From the NCBI GenBank assembly GCA_965644315.1, contig CBFFRQ010000080.1, positions 372,001 through 436,000 of the forward strand: a stretch of 64,000 bases of DNA, given 5' to 3'. Made by a program: the position numbers and the translations under genes. Shown here piece after piece: positions 12,906 through 26,235 of this stretch. Numbering within the stretch: position 1 is the first letter of the stretch; each line of letters opens with the position of its first letter. Below the pieces are notes generated by a model. That model saw only the letters and a list, made by a program, of their open reading frames with translations, was not told the origin of the DNA and did not search any database. The stretch comes from Caecitellus pseudoparvulus. Taxonomy: Eukaryota > Protista > Bigyra: Bicosoecida.

Positions 12906-14271
12906 TCATGCTTGTCCAAGCCGCGCCTTTGTGGGCAAGGGCTCCTGCTGCATGGATGCTGCTGGCACTGGGGCAAGCACCGTACGAGCAGCAGACACAC
13001 GTGCTGCGAGGGACGCCTCCCGTGCCGCGACGTCACTCTCCCGTTTTGCAACAGCAGCCTCCCGTGCCTTTAGAGCCCGCATCTTGCTGCTGTAGCTCGC
13101 TGAGAGGTTGTACTCGCGCACAGCCAAGCTCGCCTCTCGAATGTGCAGACGCATGCCGGGCAAACGCTCAAGCTCCTCCACAGTTGGCCGAGCACTGCTC
13201 TCCAATTGCAAGCACCAGCGCACAGCCCTGTACAACTCATCTGAGTACTTCTCTGGCAAGCGTGGGAACTTCCCTGTGTTGATCTTCACTGCCAGCGCCA
13301 GCTGGTTTGCTGCATCAAAAGGCGGCGCGAGGGCTGCCATTTCGTAGATCAGGCAGCCCACAGCCCAAATGTCAGACTTCTCATTGTATCTGGTCTCGTT
13401 GATCATTTCCTGTGACCGGCAGGGGAAACGCCATTGCGTCAGTGCCCCGCCACGCTGATGAGCAGCACACTCACAGGAGACATGTAGAACGGTGTCCCAA
13501 CGTGTGTGTAGGCGTACTTGCTCTGGGAAGCAAGTTGCTTTGCGAGGCCGAAGTCCCCCACTTTCACTCTGCCCTTGCTGTCCAGCATGATGTTGCCGGG
13601 CTTGATGTCCCGGTGCAGCACCGGACACGTGACACCCTTGTCCTTCCTCCTGTGGCACTCCTTCAGGGCCAAAACCACCTGGGCAAAGCAACTCCAGATG
13701 AACTCTTCGTCCAGTTGAGTTCTGTGCCGCACGAAAAGCGTCAAGCAGTGCTCCACAAGCGACCACCCAGCACCACACCAAGGCACCTCACGAACCCTTC
13801 GCGTTGACACTTGCGGATGATGCGGCCGATGTCTCCACCCTCACAGAACTCCATGATGATGTTGATCGTTGTGCTGGCTTTGTCAACGATTCGGTCATAG
13901 TACCTTACAATGTATGGGTGCCGCATCTCGCGCAAGATGTTCACCTGTGCGGCACACCCGCCACACGTGCCTCGAGCACATCACAGCGTAAGCAGTTCGC
14001 CGAGCTCACCTCCGAGACAACTAACTGCTTCTCACGCTCACCCATGCTTCCATAGTTCATGGCCTTGCACACGAGAGTCTGCAGCCTCCGCAAGCGATGC
14101 ACTTCATGCACCCCTGGCACAGCCGTTACCACACGAAACGCCAGCGAAACTCACACGGCCGTCACTCTTGCGCTTCACCTTGGAAACAGTGCCAAAAGAA
14201 CCCTGCCCGATGACTCCAAGCACTTCATACTGCCCAAGGGCACTGCTTCCGATCCCGCTCTCTGCCGCCAT
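12906..14271 (-). CDS. NIMA-related kinase (NEK2-like) with C-terminal coiled coil, about 5 introns
   Basis: YEVLGVIGQGSFGTV, EKQLVVSE|VNILREMRHPYIVRYYDRI, MEFCEGGD, LHRDIKPGN, GDFGLAK, THVGTPFYMSP|E, YNEKSDIWAVGC. Confidence 0.92.
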
Positions 14272-14399
14272 GGCTGCAGCGGCAACCAGCAAGCTGAAGA
14301 GCGGCCCACCTGCAGCTCACAAACCCAAGCTCTGCGCAAACCAGGCCCAGGATGAAGCTGACAGTCTGCGCAGATCCAAGCTCAAATCACAAGGAAGCC

Positions 14400-17300
14400 T
14401 ACTGGTAGATTTACTTGCCTGAAGCCGAGAGCAGGACTGAGATTTGATGGGACTCAAGCAAGTGCGAAGCCAGCCACTATGGGCATCGGCGGCAACCATG
14501 TCAAGCGCACAACGCGGGGCACCGACACACTGCAACTGCTCACAGCAACAAAACGTGAGCATGCCCTTTTGAATACTAGTGCCGTTTCTTCAGTTGTCAG
14601 AATTCACGGCGAGAAGGGAGTCACACAGCGTGCATCTGACCGCACAAAGATACAATCGCAGAGATCAGCACCACGTACTCTAGTTCGCTGCATAAGTCAA
14701 CAACGCCGACCACAGAGCAAAGAACAACAAGAAATTCGAACTAAGCAAATAGGCGAGAAGTTCTTGACGAAGATCAAGACGATAGACCGATCACGAGTCA
14801 CACATTATCGAGTGCTCATCTTTCTCCCGCAAACAAGCTTTCTAGCACGTTGCCAAATGTGACAAGATCCTTCATCCTTGCAAGCGCTCTGATCCAGGCA
14901 CACCACACAGTATGCCTGACCAAGCACAGCTGCTCTCCTCATGAACAACTGCGCACATCGGAAAGATAGAGTGCTCTCTTCTGCTGGGGTGGGCAACACC
15001 TACCTGTCAAGCAGGACCACAGAACACCAACAGCTCAGCCAAACCCAAGCGAAAAGTGGGAACTGCAGATGCTGGGGGCACACAGCACATTCAATGCCCG
15101 CAGAGATCGCTGACCTGGACAAAGGCCGCAAATTGCACGAGCAGACAGATAATGCAGTGCGGCTGGTACTCGCTATGCATGTGACCGCGAAAACTCTTTA
15201 AATCTCTCAAGTCCTTGAAAGCTCAAGGTATGAGTATGCGCACATGAAGGTTTCAACAGTGATCTGTGAAGGGAAACCCACGAACTTTAGAAAGTTTGGG
15301 TTCGGCTGCCAAGTTCCACATGTTTCCCGAAGAAATCACCAAGGCAGGCATTCTCGGAATTGAGTCCCATTTTGGAGCTCTCTTGCGCAGAAGAACTCGT
15401 AAGTTTTGAGTTCTGTGATTGATCGCGTCTTGGGCATGTAACTTGAATCTCACACGGATTTCGTTTGTGGCTCTGAAGAGATTAGATACTTTCAAACAAA
15501 TGCATTGTGGTCATTGAAGCATGACATTTGTCCACGAGGCTCAAGGAATCCTCTCCTTTGAAACTCTCGTTATCCACACATAGAGTATGTCTACTGAAGA
15601 ACATCGCATGGGAACTATGGACAGAAATCTTTGTACACGAGCACTTGCACGTTACATGAGCTCGCGAGAAATATTCCTGTTCCGCCACCCTTAGAGGGTT
15701 GACTAGAATGAGACATTGGAGGTGCAAACGAATGGCGCAATGCTGCGCACTCATCGTATGGTGTTTCGTCCAAAGTTTGCTACAAAGATGATCTTTGTGC
15801 CAGTGTCCCAGACCAAAGCCATTCTATCGAATGAGGTTCGCAATTTGTCCCATGTGAATTACCAAAGCGATGAATATTCTTATGCTTGTTGCATTGGACC
15901 AAACAACTTGCGCTGTGTAGTCGAACAGGTTCGGTTTTGCTCCGAACGTTCAGTGTTCTGCAAGATCCTAGCTGTTTCCAATGTTCATGTTCGGATTTTT
16001 TCCATGAGAATGCACGAGAGGCTTACTTTGTGCATCTGCCCGAAGTATCGACAGAATTTTGATAAGTTTGTATTGTTGGGATAATGCTGCGACTCTTAGG
16101 GATTCAAGGATTCTGCGGGGATCAATGCATTGAGCTTTCATGTTCTGATCAAGTTGCTTGGATGCGTTGTACTATGAACTTGCCAATTACACCGATCAAG
16201 TGCCAAAGGTGAGTGTGTCGCAAGTGGAGTTTGCCTTGACAGTGTATGCAGATGCCTCGGAACAAGGCCATGTACTTTTTCGCAAAGGTCTGTGTGTGCA
16301 AAGCATCTGACATGTTGGTTACAATGCTGATCTGTAGGCAGAAGCTGAGTTTCTTGGATGAACACTTGATACCAGCAGGTACGAAGATAATGTCCGCATC
16401 CATGCAAGGTGCCAGTGCCGTCAATGTTGGTCAGCAGTGTTCCCTGACCTCTCGCTGATTGAGTAGTGTGACAGCAGCACGAGGTATTGAGTGTTGTGTT
16501 GCTGTTGTGTGGAAAATCAATGCTTGCTCTGCTTCTGGGTGGCGCTTCTGTGTCTTTTCGGTGGACAGGAGCATGCTCGTGCATGTCATTGGTTCCTAGT
16601 ATACTGCGTGTGTTGACATTTCTTTGGTTGTTTCTGCACAGCATGTCCTTCTTTCCACATTGGGATTGTGTCAGCGTTGAGTGCTAAGATGATTAAAGGC
16701 TGTGCATTCAGACTGGCGACCAAGAACTGAGTTTGGACGATGGTGAACCTACCAAACCAACACACTGGAAGTCTTTTCGCTATTGTCAAAGCGTTGTGAA
16801 ACGTTCTTTGTTCTATCACGTCTGGAGGATGTGGAGTTTGGTTTGCAGAGGTTTTCCAGCTCTGGCATGTGTTTTGCGATTGACTTCGCTTTCTCAGCTT
16901 GAAGAAGGATGGGAAATTGATATTGTTCATCGGTGAGCGGTTGTGATCTTCGAAGTCAAGTGGTGTTTGAGGCTTTCGTTTTGACTTCTGGTTCAACATC
17001 TCTGTCGTATTCTGTGTTCCTGACAGCTTAGTCCTCCGTCGTGCGCATGGGCATGGAGTGGCCCTGCTGGCATCGAAGGGAATCAATCTTGACGCCATTT
17101 GCGCTGTTTGAGCCCCGTCCAATAGGATTGCATCTTCTGTTGTGCTGGCAAGGCTGGCTTGTGACTTCGTGCGCAAGCGCAGGTCAGTCAATTCCCCAAA
17201 TCGTCTGCACATGCAACGTTGGGCAGCTGGCACACTCGGTGAGTGCGATCAAAGACCCATGTCATTGTGCCAGCTGTGCTCCGGCAGCGATCTGAGTGTG
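14400..17300. other. About 3-kb gene-free low-GC region between divergent genes (candidate centromere or replication origin)
   Basis: Sampled 60-nt lines at 15481, 15841, 16021 and 15901 are 38, 38, 40 and 48% GC, against about 60-75% elsewhere. No ORF has recognisable protein character. By far the largest intergenic gap in the window. Boundaries are gradual. Confidence 0.7.
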
Positions 17301-17376
17301 GTTCTTAGAGAGGCACGCTGTGAAGTTCGGCGCTCTCCAGTGACGTCGACGCAGTGCAGTGCGTGCTGCAGGAGGG

Positions 17377-20300
17377 ATGAGCATGAGTGGTGCCTGTGAG
17401 GAAGGCTTCTCAAGCACGCAGCGCAGGTTGGCACTGCTGCAGTGCATCTGTTGGTGTGAGGAGTGGAGAGATGCCGTGAGCTGCTTCTTGGCGGCAGCAA
17501 GGCCAGTGCAGGCTGGGAAGGCAATCGCCGGGTTGGCCGCCCGTGCTCAAGCCCAGCTTGCTTTGTGGGAGAGACTTGTGGTGTACAACTGGAGTTCAGG
17601 CGATGGTGATTTTCTCCAGCATTTGGTGGTGCAGCTGCTGGCAAGAGCGTCGTCGAGCGGGCTGCAGCAGGTTGCGGAGATTGGGTATGAGTTTGCTGGG
17701 AGTGGTGGTGCAGCGGGCCACTCTGACGCCTCGGAAGGGATGTTGATGGCGCTGCGGGCTGTAGATGCAGCTGAGCAGAATGGCCTTGCTTTGACTGCAC
17801 ACTCTTGCTTTGGCTCTGCCCTGTCCCATCGTGCAGCGGTTCTGGAAGCTCTTGGCGTGGCAGAAAGGTAAGTTCACGCTGTCGCAGCGACTGTGGCCTT
17901 TGCCAATCACAGCCACGCTGTTCGCAGGCTGCACGGGGCATGGTCAGAGAAGGTGTCCAGAGAAGTCCCTACTTCGATGGCAGTGCGAGTGGGAGCGATT
18001 CACAGGTCTGTCATGAAGTTCTCGGGGGAATTAAGCTCGGGCGGCGGTGTCGGAGGCAATGCTGCAGCCGTTGGCGAAGCTGTTGCAGCTGTCGTTGGGC
18101 AAGGAACGTCAGCTTTCCAGCTGATGGACTGGATTGGTGCCATACTGCACACCCTTGACGATGCCGGGGCGCTTGGTGCGCCAGTGGCGCGAGTTCCCGG
18201 GCCTGCCATCGTGCGTAGTCTGGACACCGCCCTGCGTGAGGTGGACGTGGTGCTGTGGGAGCGGCTGCACAGCTACAAGGCTGGGCCCGAGGCATGGATT
18301 GGGGCTGCTGCGTCGACGTTGTGTCTCTCTGGGCCAGGGACATCAAGGCGGAGCGTGGCGTGGGTCTTAAGCTCAGTGCTTGCATTGGGTTGGGTGGGGC
18401 TCTTGGCGGTCATGCTTGGCAGGTGTCTCTGCCTGCGGGAGGAGCTGCTCAAGGCAACATCGACAAGAGCGTGCATGCGACTTGCAGGTGGGCTGGAGGG
18501 CCCGGGGCTGGACAGCGATGCAGCGACGGCAGCGTTGGCCAGAGCAGGCGTCTCTGTCGCCTGGCTCGGCAGTGTGATCGTGACTGCGATCGGCGACGGC
18601 GAGTCCGAGCAGCGCCAGGCGCGGGTAGATGCTGCCTTGATGGGTCGTGCGAGGGCTACTCAGCTAGTTGAGGCATATGGAAGCGAGGTTCGGGGTGCTG
18701 CTTCTGCTGATGTGGATCGCCCAGACTCGGACAAGCTTGTGGAGTGGCAGAGTTCTGACAGTGATGATGGCGCTTCAAGCTTGCCACCACCACAAGAAGA
18801 GCCACCTAGTGATGCTCATGATGCTGATGTGCGGGCTATCGCACCGTCTACGGCAGAGGTGCGAGGGGGCGACGGGGTGAACCGGACAAACCCTGCAGCA
18901 GCAGCTGCTGGTTCCATGAATCACCTGGCGCAGCAAACCTCCCCGGCTCCGTCGGGTGGGCAGCCGTCAGTCCTGCACATTCAATCTCAGCAAGGGCACG
19001 TGGAAGAAGGCTCAGCGGCATTTTTGTTCCATGCAGGGGACGGTTCTCATGAACGAGTGCTGCCAGATGCGGTGCTGCATGCCTTGCGTGTTGCTGAGCA
19101 CGAGCAGTCACGCTCATTATTCCAGGAGGAAGCAGTCGACGAGTCTCCAGAAGGAGAGGAGTCTGATGATGACGATGACAGCACTGCCACACTGAGCTCG
19201 GCGTCGTCAGGAGAACCTGTCGCATCTCGCTTTGCTCCGCAGACTCCGCCGCTGTCGCCCTCTCGCTCCCCCTCACCCCATGAGGATGCGCGTTTGACGT
19301 ACATGGAGCCTCTGCCGCGCAGTCGTGCGGACAGTGTTCTCCCCCTGCCTCTCATGCGGCGGAACAACCTCTCTCCCCTGCCTGTACCTGCGGAGGAAGG
19401 CCAGTCAGCTGTCGAGAGCGGCGAGAGACAAGTCGAGGCCGCAAAGCAGCGCTTGCCCTCGTCGGGCGAGGACACAAGTCAGGCCGAATCACGTGCTCTT
19501 TCCTCACAGGTCTCCGAGACCTTGGCTTTCCTTATGGGGGGTGGGGGGTTGCTGTCTGCGGCGGAAGGTGGCCACAGTGCATGGGAGGACGATGCGTTGG
19601 ATGCCATTGCATCGCGGCTGCGCCCCACTCCGAAGCCTGAAGCAGCCCCTAGCCCACCGCCACCTCCGGCCTCTCCATCGTCCGATTCCAGTGCAGGTGC
19701 CGACGAGGACCATGAGCTGGAACAGCAAGGGCACGAGGGTGGAGCATCTGACGCGGACAGCGACGGTTGCAGCCCGCCACAGTGGTCGCCTGCCTCTGGG
19801 TCACCCCACCGCGCTTTCGTGGGCCACACTGAGTCATCGGCACGCGACGCAGAGGAACGTGTGTTCCACGAAGGCGACTTTGCTGCGTTGCACGCGCGCA
19901 GCCAGCGCAGAGCGGCTGTTCGGGATGGCCGTATTGGGGCAGGTGACGCTCCAGATGAAGCTTCCTTCTTCGTTCAAGCTGAAGGGGACTCACCCCACTC
20001 CACCGGCCCCACAGCTCTGCTGCCAGCTGACGTGGAGCACCTGGACTCTGACGTAGGTGCGGCTGCCCCGGAGGCTTCCCTGCGGGAATCGCTGCTGGGC
20101 TTGCTTGCGCAGCTGCAGCAAGGCGGACGGCCTGGAGTGACTGCCAGCCCCCCGAGGGTGAGAGGGACGCTGTTTGGGGCAAGCCAGCCCACCGCAGGCC
20201 TTTCCGCATCAGAGCACGCTGGGGCGCCTGTGAGCTCGCCGGGGGAGGCGCAAGACTCCGTTGCCATCAGGGCCCTGCCACAACGCGCCCCTGCGCCTTC

Positions 20301-23300
20301 GTTCCCTGACAGTGACTCCGACAGTTCGGCAGGCTCCGACCTTGAACGAGAACCTTCGCAACCACCACCGCCGAGCAGCCCGCCTCCTGAGGATGTCGGA
20401 GAGTGTGTGCGAACAAAACTGCCATCAGAAGGGAGCACTGTACTCGGCGCTCAGGGAGCTGCCTCGTTCAAAACGCCTAGTAGGCCAGCGAGACTGGCGC
20501 CTTCACCAGCCTCTCCTAGCGATCAGTTCTGGCGTGATTCTGTTCGTTCACAAGAACATCGTGAGGCCCAAGCCGCAGCACGGACAGCACACGGAGCGCT
20601 GGTGTTGGTGGCAGCCCAGCTGGCAGCCATCAAGGCTGAGGCAGAAGGCCCGGCATCTGACCCCTCTGTGCACATGACAGAGGCGTACGCATCCATCGTG
20701 ACATCTGCAGCGGCGTTTGAGGCTGGCCAAGAGCGGAACCTGCGGATCTTGGCACACGAGCTGGGCATGCCTGTGGAGCAGCTGCACGAAGTCGTTAAGG
20801 CAGCTGGAGAAGCACCCCTTCCTGAGTCGGAGCCTCCTGCACCGCCTCAGCAGGCTGTAGGGTACTCACCCGTCGACCAGCCAACTGAGCCCCCGCCAGT
20901 GAGGCACCCAGTGCGCCGCGGTGCCCCGGCCCAACTTGCACAGCGGCCGGGCCACACCCCAACTCACAGTCGTCAAGGTCGGGCAGGGGCAGTACCGCGG
21001 CCAGCTCTCGCTCAAGATGGCCCCTCGAGGCAGCGTCGCCCCCCAGCTTTAGATGCGGCACCGTTCCAATCGGAGGAGGACAGTGAAACCCCACGAAGCA
21101 ATTTGCCCAGGCCTGTGAGGTCCTCTCCTCGCCAATCACAGCCTGCAAAGCACGGGGCTGGTGCCTTCTCCGCCCTCGGCTTGTCGGCGCGTTTTCCTCG
21201 CAAGGATTCCTCTCGTTTGACCACGCCAAAACAAGCTGCGGCTTCTGGGCTCGCAGGAGAGGGAGAGCCACAGTCTCTGCGGCAGCGACGCATGGCGGCA
21301 GCGCGCGCCAAGTCTGCGCCCAAGGCCCGGTCCTCCAGGCGACCGCCCCAACGACGCCCCCGGCCCACTCCAGAGCTCGCTGCCGCAACGCCACAACGCG
21401 CAGCGTTCAGCCGCCTCGCCTCCTCGCAGACTCTGTCGAGTCTGGCCAGACAGCAAGCCATGGCGCAAGAGGCCGGGGCTCGCGTGCAAGCGCATGAGGC
21501 GAAGGGTGGGCCAGTGCGGCGCGCAGCGTCAGTCTCGCGAGCCTCCCTGGAGCGCCTGCACCAAGGCAAGCCCCGAACACGCACAGCGTCGAGAACTGCT
21601 CCCCCGGCACCGGCGCATTCGCCACCTGCGCCATCTCCCAGCACCACCCCAGTGCGGCAGCCCCCCACTGAGAACTCGGAGCAGCAGGAAGGCCCGAGCG
21701 GGTGGGTGTCTGAGGCTGGGACCACCCCTGCTGTCTCCCTGCGTCCCGATGGCACGGTGGAGACAGGGGCTGGTCATGATTCAAGTGACTACGACGACGA
21801 TGGCTTGCAGTCAGCTGTGGATGCAAGTGTCGAAATGGCCCGCGCGCCCCGCATGCCAAGCCCCGAGTCGACTTCTCGCCCCAGCACGCCTGCATCCACT
21901 GGTGGGCAGGACGGCAGCATGGAGCCGGCTGCGGCGCAGGCTGCCATGCACCGCCGGGCCTACTTGGCCGCTTCCGGCGGCAGCCTTGGTCCGGCTTCAA
22001 CACAGCCTGCAGAGACCAGGTCAACGACGCCCCCCCTGCGCCCAGCTCAACATGCAGGGGCTGAGGGTGCACGTGCAGCACCGCCACCCCCTGCTCTCTC
22101 CGATTCCCCGTGGCATGGCCCATCCCGCAGACAGGCTGCCACGGAGACGGAAGCTTCTCTGGTTGCTTCTTCCTACCGCACCGACTCCAGGGGCTCCCTG
22201 CTGCCGCGTGTGTCTGCAGAGCTGCAGCACTTGCGGGCGGAGCATGCCATGGAGTGCGGCTCTGATCCCCCTCCCCCGCCTTCAGCTTCAATTCGAGAGC
22301 TGGCGGAACGGATGCGGAGGACACTAGGGATCGAGCCCGTCACAGTCAAGCCAAACCAGGGTGCCCCGTCAGAGCAGCGGCAGCATACAGACCACTTGGC
22401 CGCGGTGGCTCAGGCAATCTCCAAGGCTGCCGGGAAGCAAGGGGCTGCTGCCATGGAAGCTGCCGTTTCCGAGAAGATTGCAGCTGTGAGGTTCCAGCCT
22501 GCTGCTTCATCAGAGACACACACACGAGACAGCAGTGACGTGCCCCATACAACTGAGGTTGAAGCTGGTGCAGGAGAGCCCGCACAAGCTGAGCAGCAGC
22601 CAGGCGAACACTCACCAGCACCACCAGCAGCAGCAGCAGCACCTGCCCCTGCGCCTGGGCTGAGCATGACAAGTATCACCGCCATGCTGGCAGACATTCG
22701 TCGCCATGCTGCAGAAGAGCATGAGTCGTTTCGCACCAGCGTGCGTGACTTGCACTCTCGAGCTGACGAGTTCGAGCACGACTCCAGGGCCCAGGCTGCT
22801 CCAGCTCCTGAGACAGCCCAAGACGAGGCAGCCGTTTCATCCGAAGCAAGCCCCCCCTTCCAAGATTCAGCAGAGTCCGAAGTGGAGCAGGACGCCCCAG
22901 AGAAAGACCCGCGAGGTCCATTCTCAGCCCCTGGCCTCGTGTGGCCACCTTCGTTCGCAAGCACACCCCACGCATACTCCCAGCGAGTCGGAAGTCGCAC
23001 GGCACACCTGCTGTATCATCGCTCAACGGGCTTCTTGTACAACACGAAGCAGGGCCTGTACATTTCCCCGGACGGTTTTGCCGGCCAGCCCAGGACACGC
23101 TTTCAGGTCAGCCCCAGCACCGGGCAGTTTGTCCCTGCCCCCCCTCGCCAGGCTGCTGCGGCGCCGTCGAAGGCAAACCCCACGAACCCAGCACTGCCCG
23201 CCCAGCCAGCAGAGTCTAATGCCGTGGAAACCCCGGTCTCTGCGGAAGCCACTGGTAGAGGCATGTCGCGAGCTGAGGGTGAGGCGTTCTTGCGCAGTCT

Positions 23301-23847
23301 GTGTGGCGGCCAGCGAAAGGCCTCGTCACCACCCCACACGGTGAATCAAGTGAAAGCTGACGACAGCGATGCCAGCATTGACATTGGGCTTGCTTGGCTT
23401 GCGGCTCGGAAGCGCCAGCGGCAAAAGCAGCGTGCCACTGGCCCCGGCTCCGCCCAAGCGCACGCCTCCTCCACAGTCTCCACCGCGGCCAGTCCATGGT
23501 CGGTGTCAGACCGAATTGTGGAGCAAGCCGATGCAGTGATGCGGGGTCAGTCTAGCGCACTTCCTGAGCGAAGTCCAGCTGCAGTGGCTGGCCTCAGTGC
23601 CCAGGAATCACACGAGGCAGGCGCACCTGTGCAATCCTTGCATGCGGCAAACAGGGCAGCACCCAAACCACCGCAGCGCTTGCAAGAGGATGTGCCGCCA
23701 CCCCCTCCAGCTTCCCCCCCCCCACCACTCCATGAGGTGGAGGAGGGGCAGTCTTCGAGCTCCACGCCGGCCAACACTGCTGCTGCGGCCCTCCTGGCAC
23801 ACGTTAGCCCGGCCCCCCTTCCTGGACGCCGCCGCGTTCGGCGGTAA
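17377..23847 (+). CDS. Very large (about 2100 aa), mostly low-complexity protein; helical N-terminus, OCRE-like aromatic segment near the C-terminus
   Basis: ORF 17359-17871 joins ORF 17893-23847 through a GTAAGT..CGCAG intron (about 17868-17927). P/S/A/E-rich. Contains LLYHRSTGFLYNTKQGLYISPDG. The 5' end is uncertain. Confidence 0.65.
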
Positions 23848-23928
23848 TGCACGCACTTAAGCAAAATCCCCCAGCAAGCATCATTACATCGGTTTGTATG
23901 GTCACCTTCAGCTTTCCTCGCAAGCACC

Positions 23929-26218
23929 ATGAAGGTGGTGGGCTTGTTGTCGGGCGGGAAGGACAGCGTGTATGCCTTGGTCCAGGCAGCGGCGCTGGGG
24001 CATGAGGTGGTTGCTGTGGCCAACTTGCGCCCTGTTGAAGACAGCGTGCAGGAGCTGGACAGCCACATGATCCAGACTGTTGGACATAATGCCGTCGTTG
24101 GCATCGCGCAGTGCCTCAACTTGCCCTTGTTCGTGCGGCGGACTGCAGGCAAAGCTGTCTCCGGGTCCTTGCACTACACCGCGTCGGCAGGTGATGAGAC
24201 GGAGGATCTTGCCATGTTGCTGGAAGCAGTTAAACTGAAGTTTTCCGACCTGGGTGGTGTCGTGTCGGGCGCCATTCGCAGCAACTACCAGCGCCTCCGA
24301 GTGGAGGCAGTTTGCCAGCGCCTGGGGCTTCAGTCTCACGCGTGGTTGTGGGAGAGGCGAGAAGAGCGGCTGCTTCATGATATGTGCCGTGACGGCATCA
24401 GGGCTATTTTGCTTAAGATTTCTACAATTGGCCTGAAGCGACAGCATGTCGGCTGCTTTCTGCATGACACGGTAGCCCACTTGCAAGACCTGGTGCGGAT
24501 TTCGGCTCATTTTCCGCAAACACTGCTCTGCTGCTTCACCTGCGATGGCTCCCTTGCAGAACGAAAAATACGAAGTAAATGTGTGCGGGGAAGGCGGAGA
24601 GTTTGAAACGCTGACTCTGGATGCGCCGCTTTTTTCATCTTCTCTACGGGTCACAAAAGAGGTGCTCCACTGCCAGCAGGATGACCCCATCTCCCCTGTG
24701 TACAACTTGGAGGTGGTCGCGTGGGAGGCAGCTCCCAAGGAGTTGACGGCTTGGGAGAGGGGCCTTCAGCAGCATCTGCCTGGCCCAGGCTTCGAGCTCG
24801 TTGAAGCAACTGGTGAGTCTGGAACTCCAGATCAGGCAGGAACCCTGGCTGCTGCGCATGGCCAAGGTTCGGGTGGTGACACGACCGCCCATGCGAACGT
24901 GCACATCGTCAAGGAGGGGACGATGACGTTTGTACGAGCGATTCCGGAAGCGTCGGCTCAGCCACAGTCAGGTGTCCACCAGCTGCGAAGCTGCTTGCAG
25001 GCTTTGGAAGCCGCCCTGCAAGGGGACGGCAGCAGCTTGGCTGATGCCTGCTTTGTGCACATTTTCCTCGCAGACATGGGGAGCTTCGGGGAGATGAACC
25101 GCGAGTACTGCCTTCACTTTCCGGACCAACACCCCCCTTCCAGGTCGTGCGTGGAAGTGGAGCTTCCCTCCCACATGCAGGTGTGCCTCGCAGCGCATGT
25201 GGTGCCTGGCAGTCACTCTGCTGCACTTGCTGGAGACACCGTTTGTAGGACTACCCTGCATGTACGCAGTCTGTCCCAGTGGGCCCCCGTGTGCATTGGC
25301 CCGTACTGTCAAGCCAACGTCACCGGCGGGTACATTCAAGTCGCTGGCCAAATCGCGCTGGTTCCCTCCAACATGGAGCTGTTGGCCGGAGGTCTTGAGG
25401 CGCAAACCCGCTTGGCAGCCTGCAATGCTCGGCGTGTCTTGGTCACGTTGCGGTCCGACTGGCCCATGTGCACCAGCATCTTGGTGTTCGTCAGCTCTGC
25501 CGCCGTGGAGCAGGCAGGGCAGGGCCGCCAAGAAGTCATGTCTGCTGCTCGGGGGTACTTGCTGGATGCGATGCAGAAGGCCATCACTGGCCAGGTCACC
25601 ACTGCCTTGGAGGGCGAAACGGACGCTTGTTCCGGTGCGCCAGTTTCAATGGCGGCAGCTTCAGACGCGGCTGTCAGTGAGGATGCCAGCGCATGGCGCG
25701 AGCTTGCAGAGGAGCCCGTCTTCGACAGCGACTGTTCCGCTTGGACTTTGAGCCGCGGGGCAATTTCTGCCAAGGACGCAGTTTCTGCCGTTTCATCTGT
25801 GCCACTATCGATTGTGCTTGTGCCAAGCCTGCCGCGCGGGGCGTTGATTGAGCTGGAGGTGTGTGCAGCTTCTGCGAGCGCCGCAGCGGAGGAGCCAGCC
25901 TCAGACTGTGCTGGCCAGCGACGCCCCAGCTCTGCCCTCAGTGGGATTGTTGACCATTCTGATGAATGTGGCCGAACTTGCTTCGTGTCTTCATGCGGCA
26001 GGCGTGAGCGACATGTGTGGGTCACTCGCGCAGATGAAGCCGCCGCCGGCTCCGCTGCCGTGTGCAGTGGCCTCGTACGCCGCTTCGTCACGGACGGCGA
26101 TGGTGACAAGGAATCACTTAGTACAGATGCTAGCAGTGTTCTATGCATTCCTGTGTTGGCTGCCCAAGCCCCAGATGGGACCCCTGCTAGTTGCCTGATG
26201 GTGGCTTCCTCATGTTGA
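23929..26218 (+). CDS. DPH6: Diphthine--ammonia ligase with C-terminal RidA/YjgF domains
   Basis: MKVVGLLSGGKDS, ELDSHMIQTVG, DETEDL, GAIRSNYQRLRVE, CGEGGEFETLTLD, PPSRSCV, LHVRSLSQWAPVCIGPYCQA, LPRGALIE. Intron 24493-24559. Confidence 0.93.
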
Positions 26219-26235
26219 GGCCTGAATCGCGCGCA

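Noticed and set aside
14479-17295. Short ORFs (60-215 aa) inside the low-GC region
   Set aside because: No recognisable motifs, mutually overlapping on both strands, and the composition reflects the local nucleotide skew.
14400-17300. Endogenous virophage, Polinton-like virus or transposon insertion as the cause of low GC
   Set aside because: No long ORFs, no integrase, RT, capsid or ATPase motifs, no terminal repeats or target-site duplication seen, and the boundaries are gradual. A very decayed element cannot be excluded.
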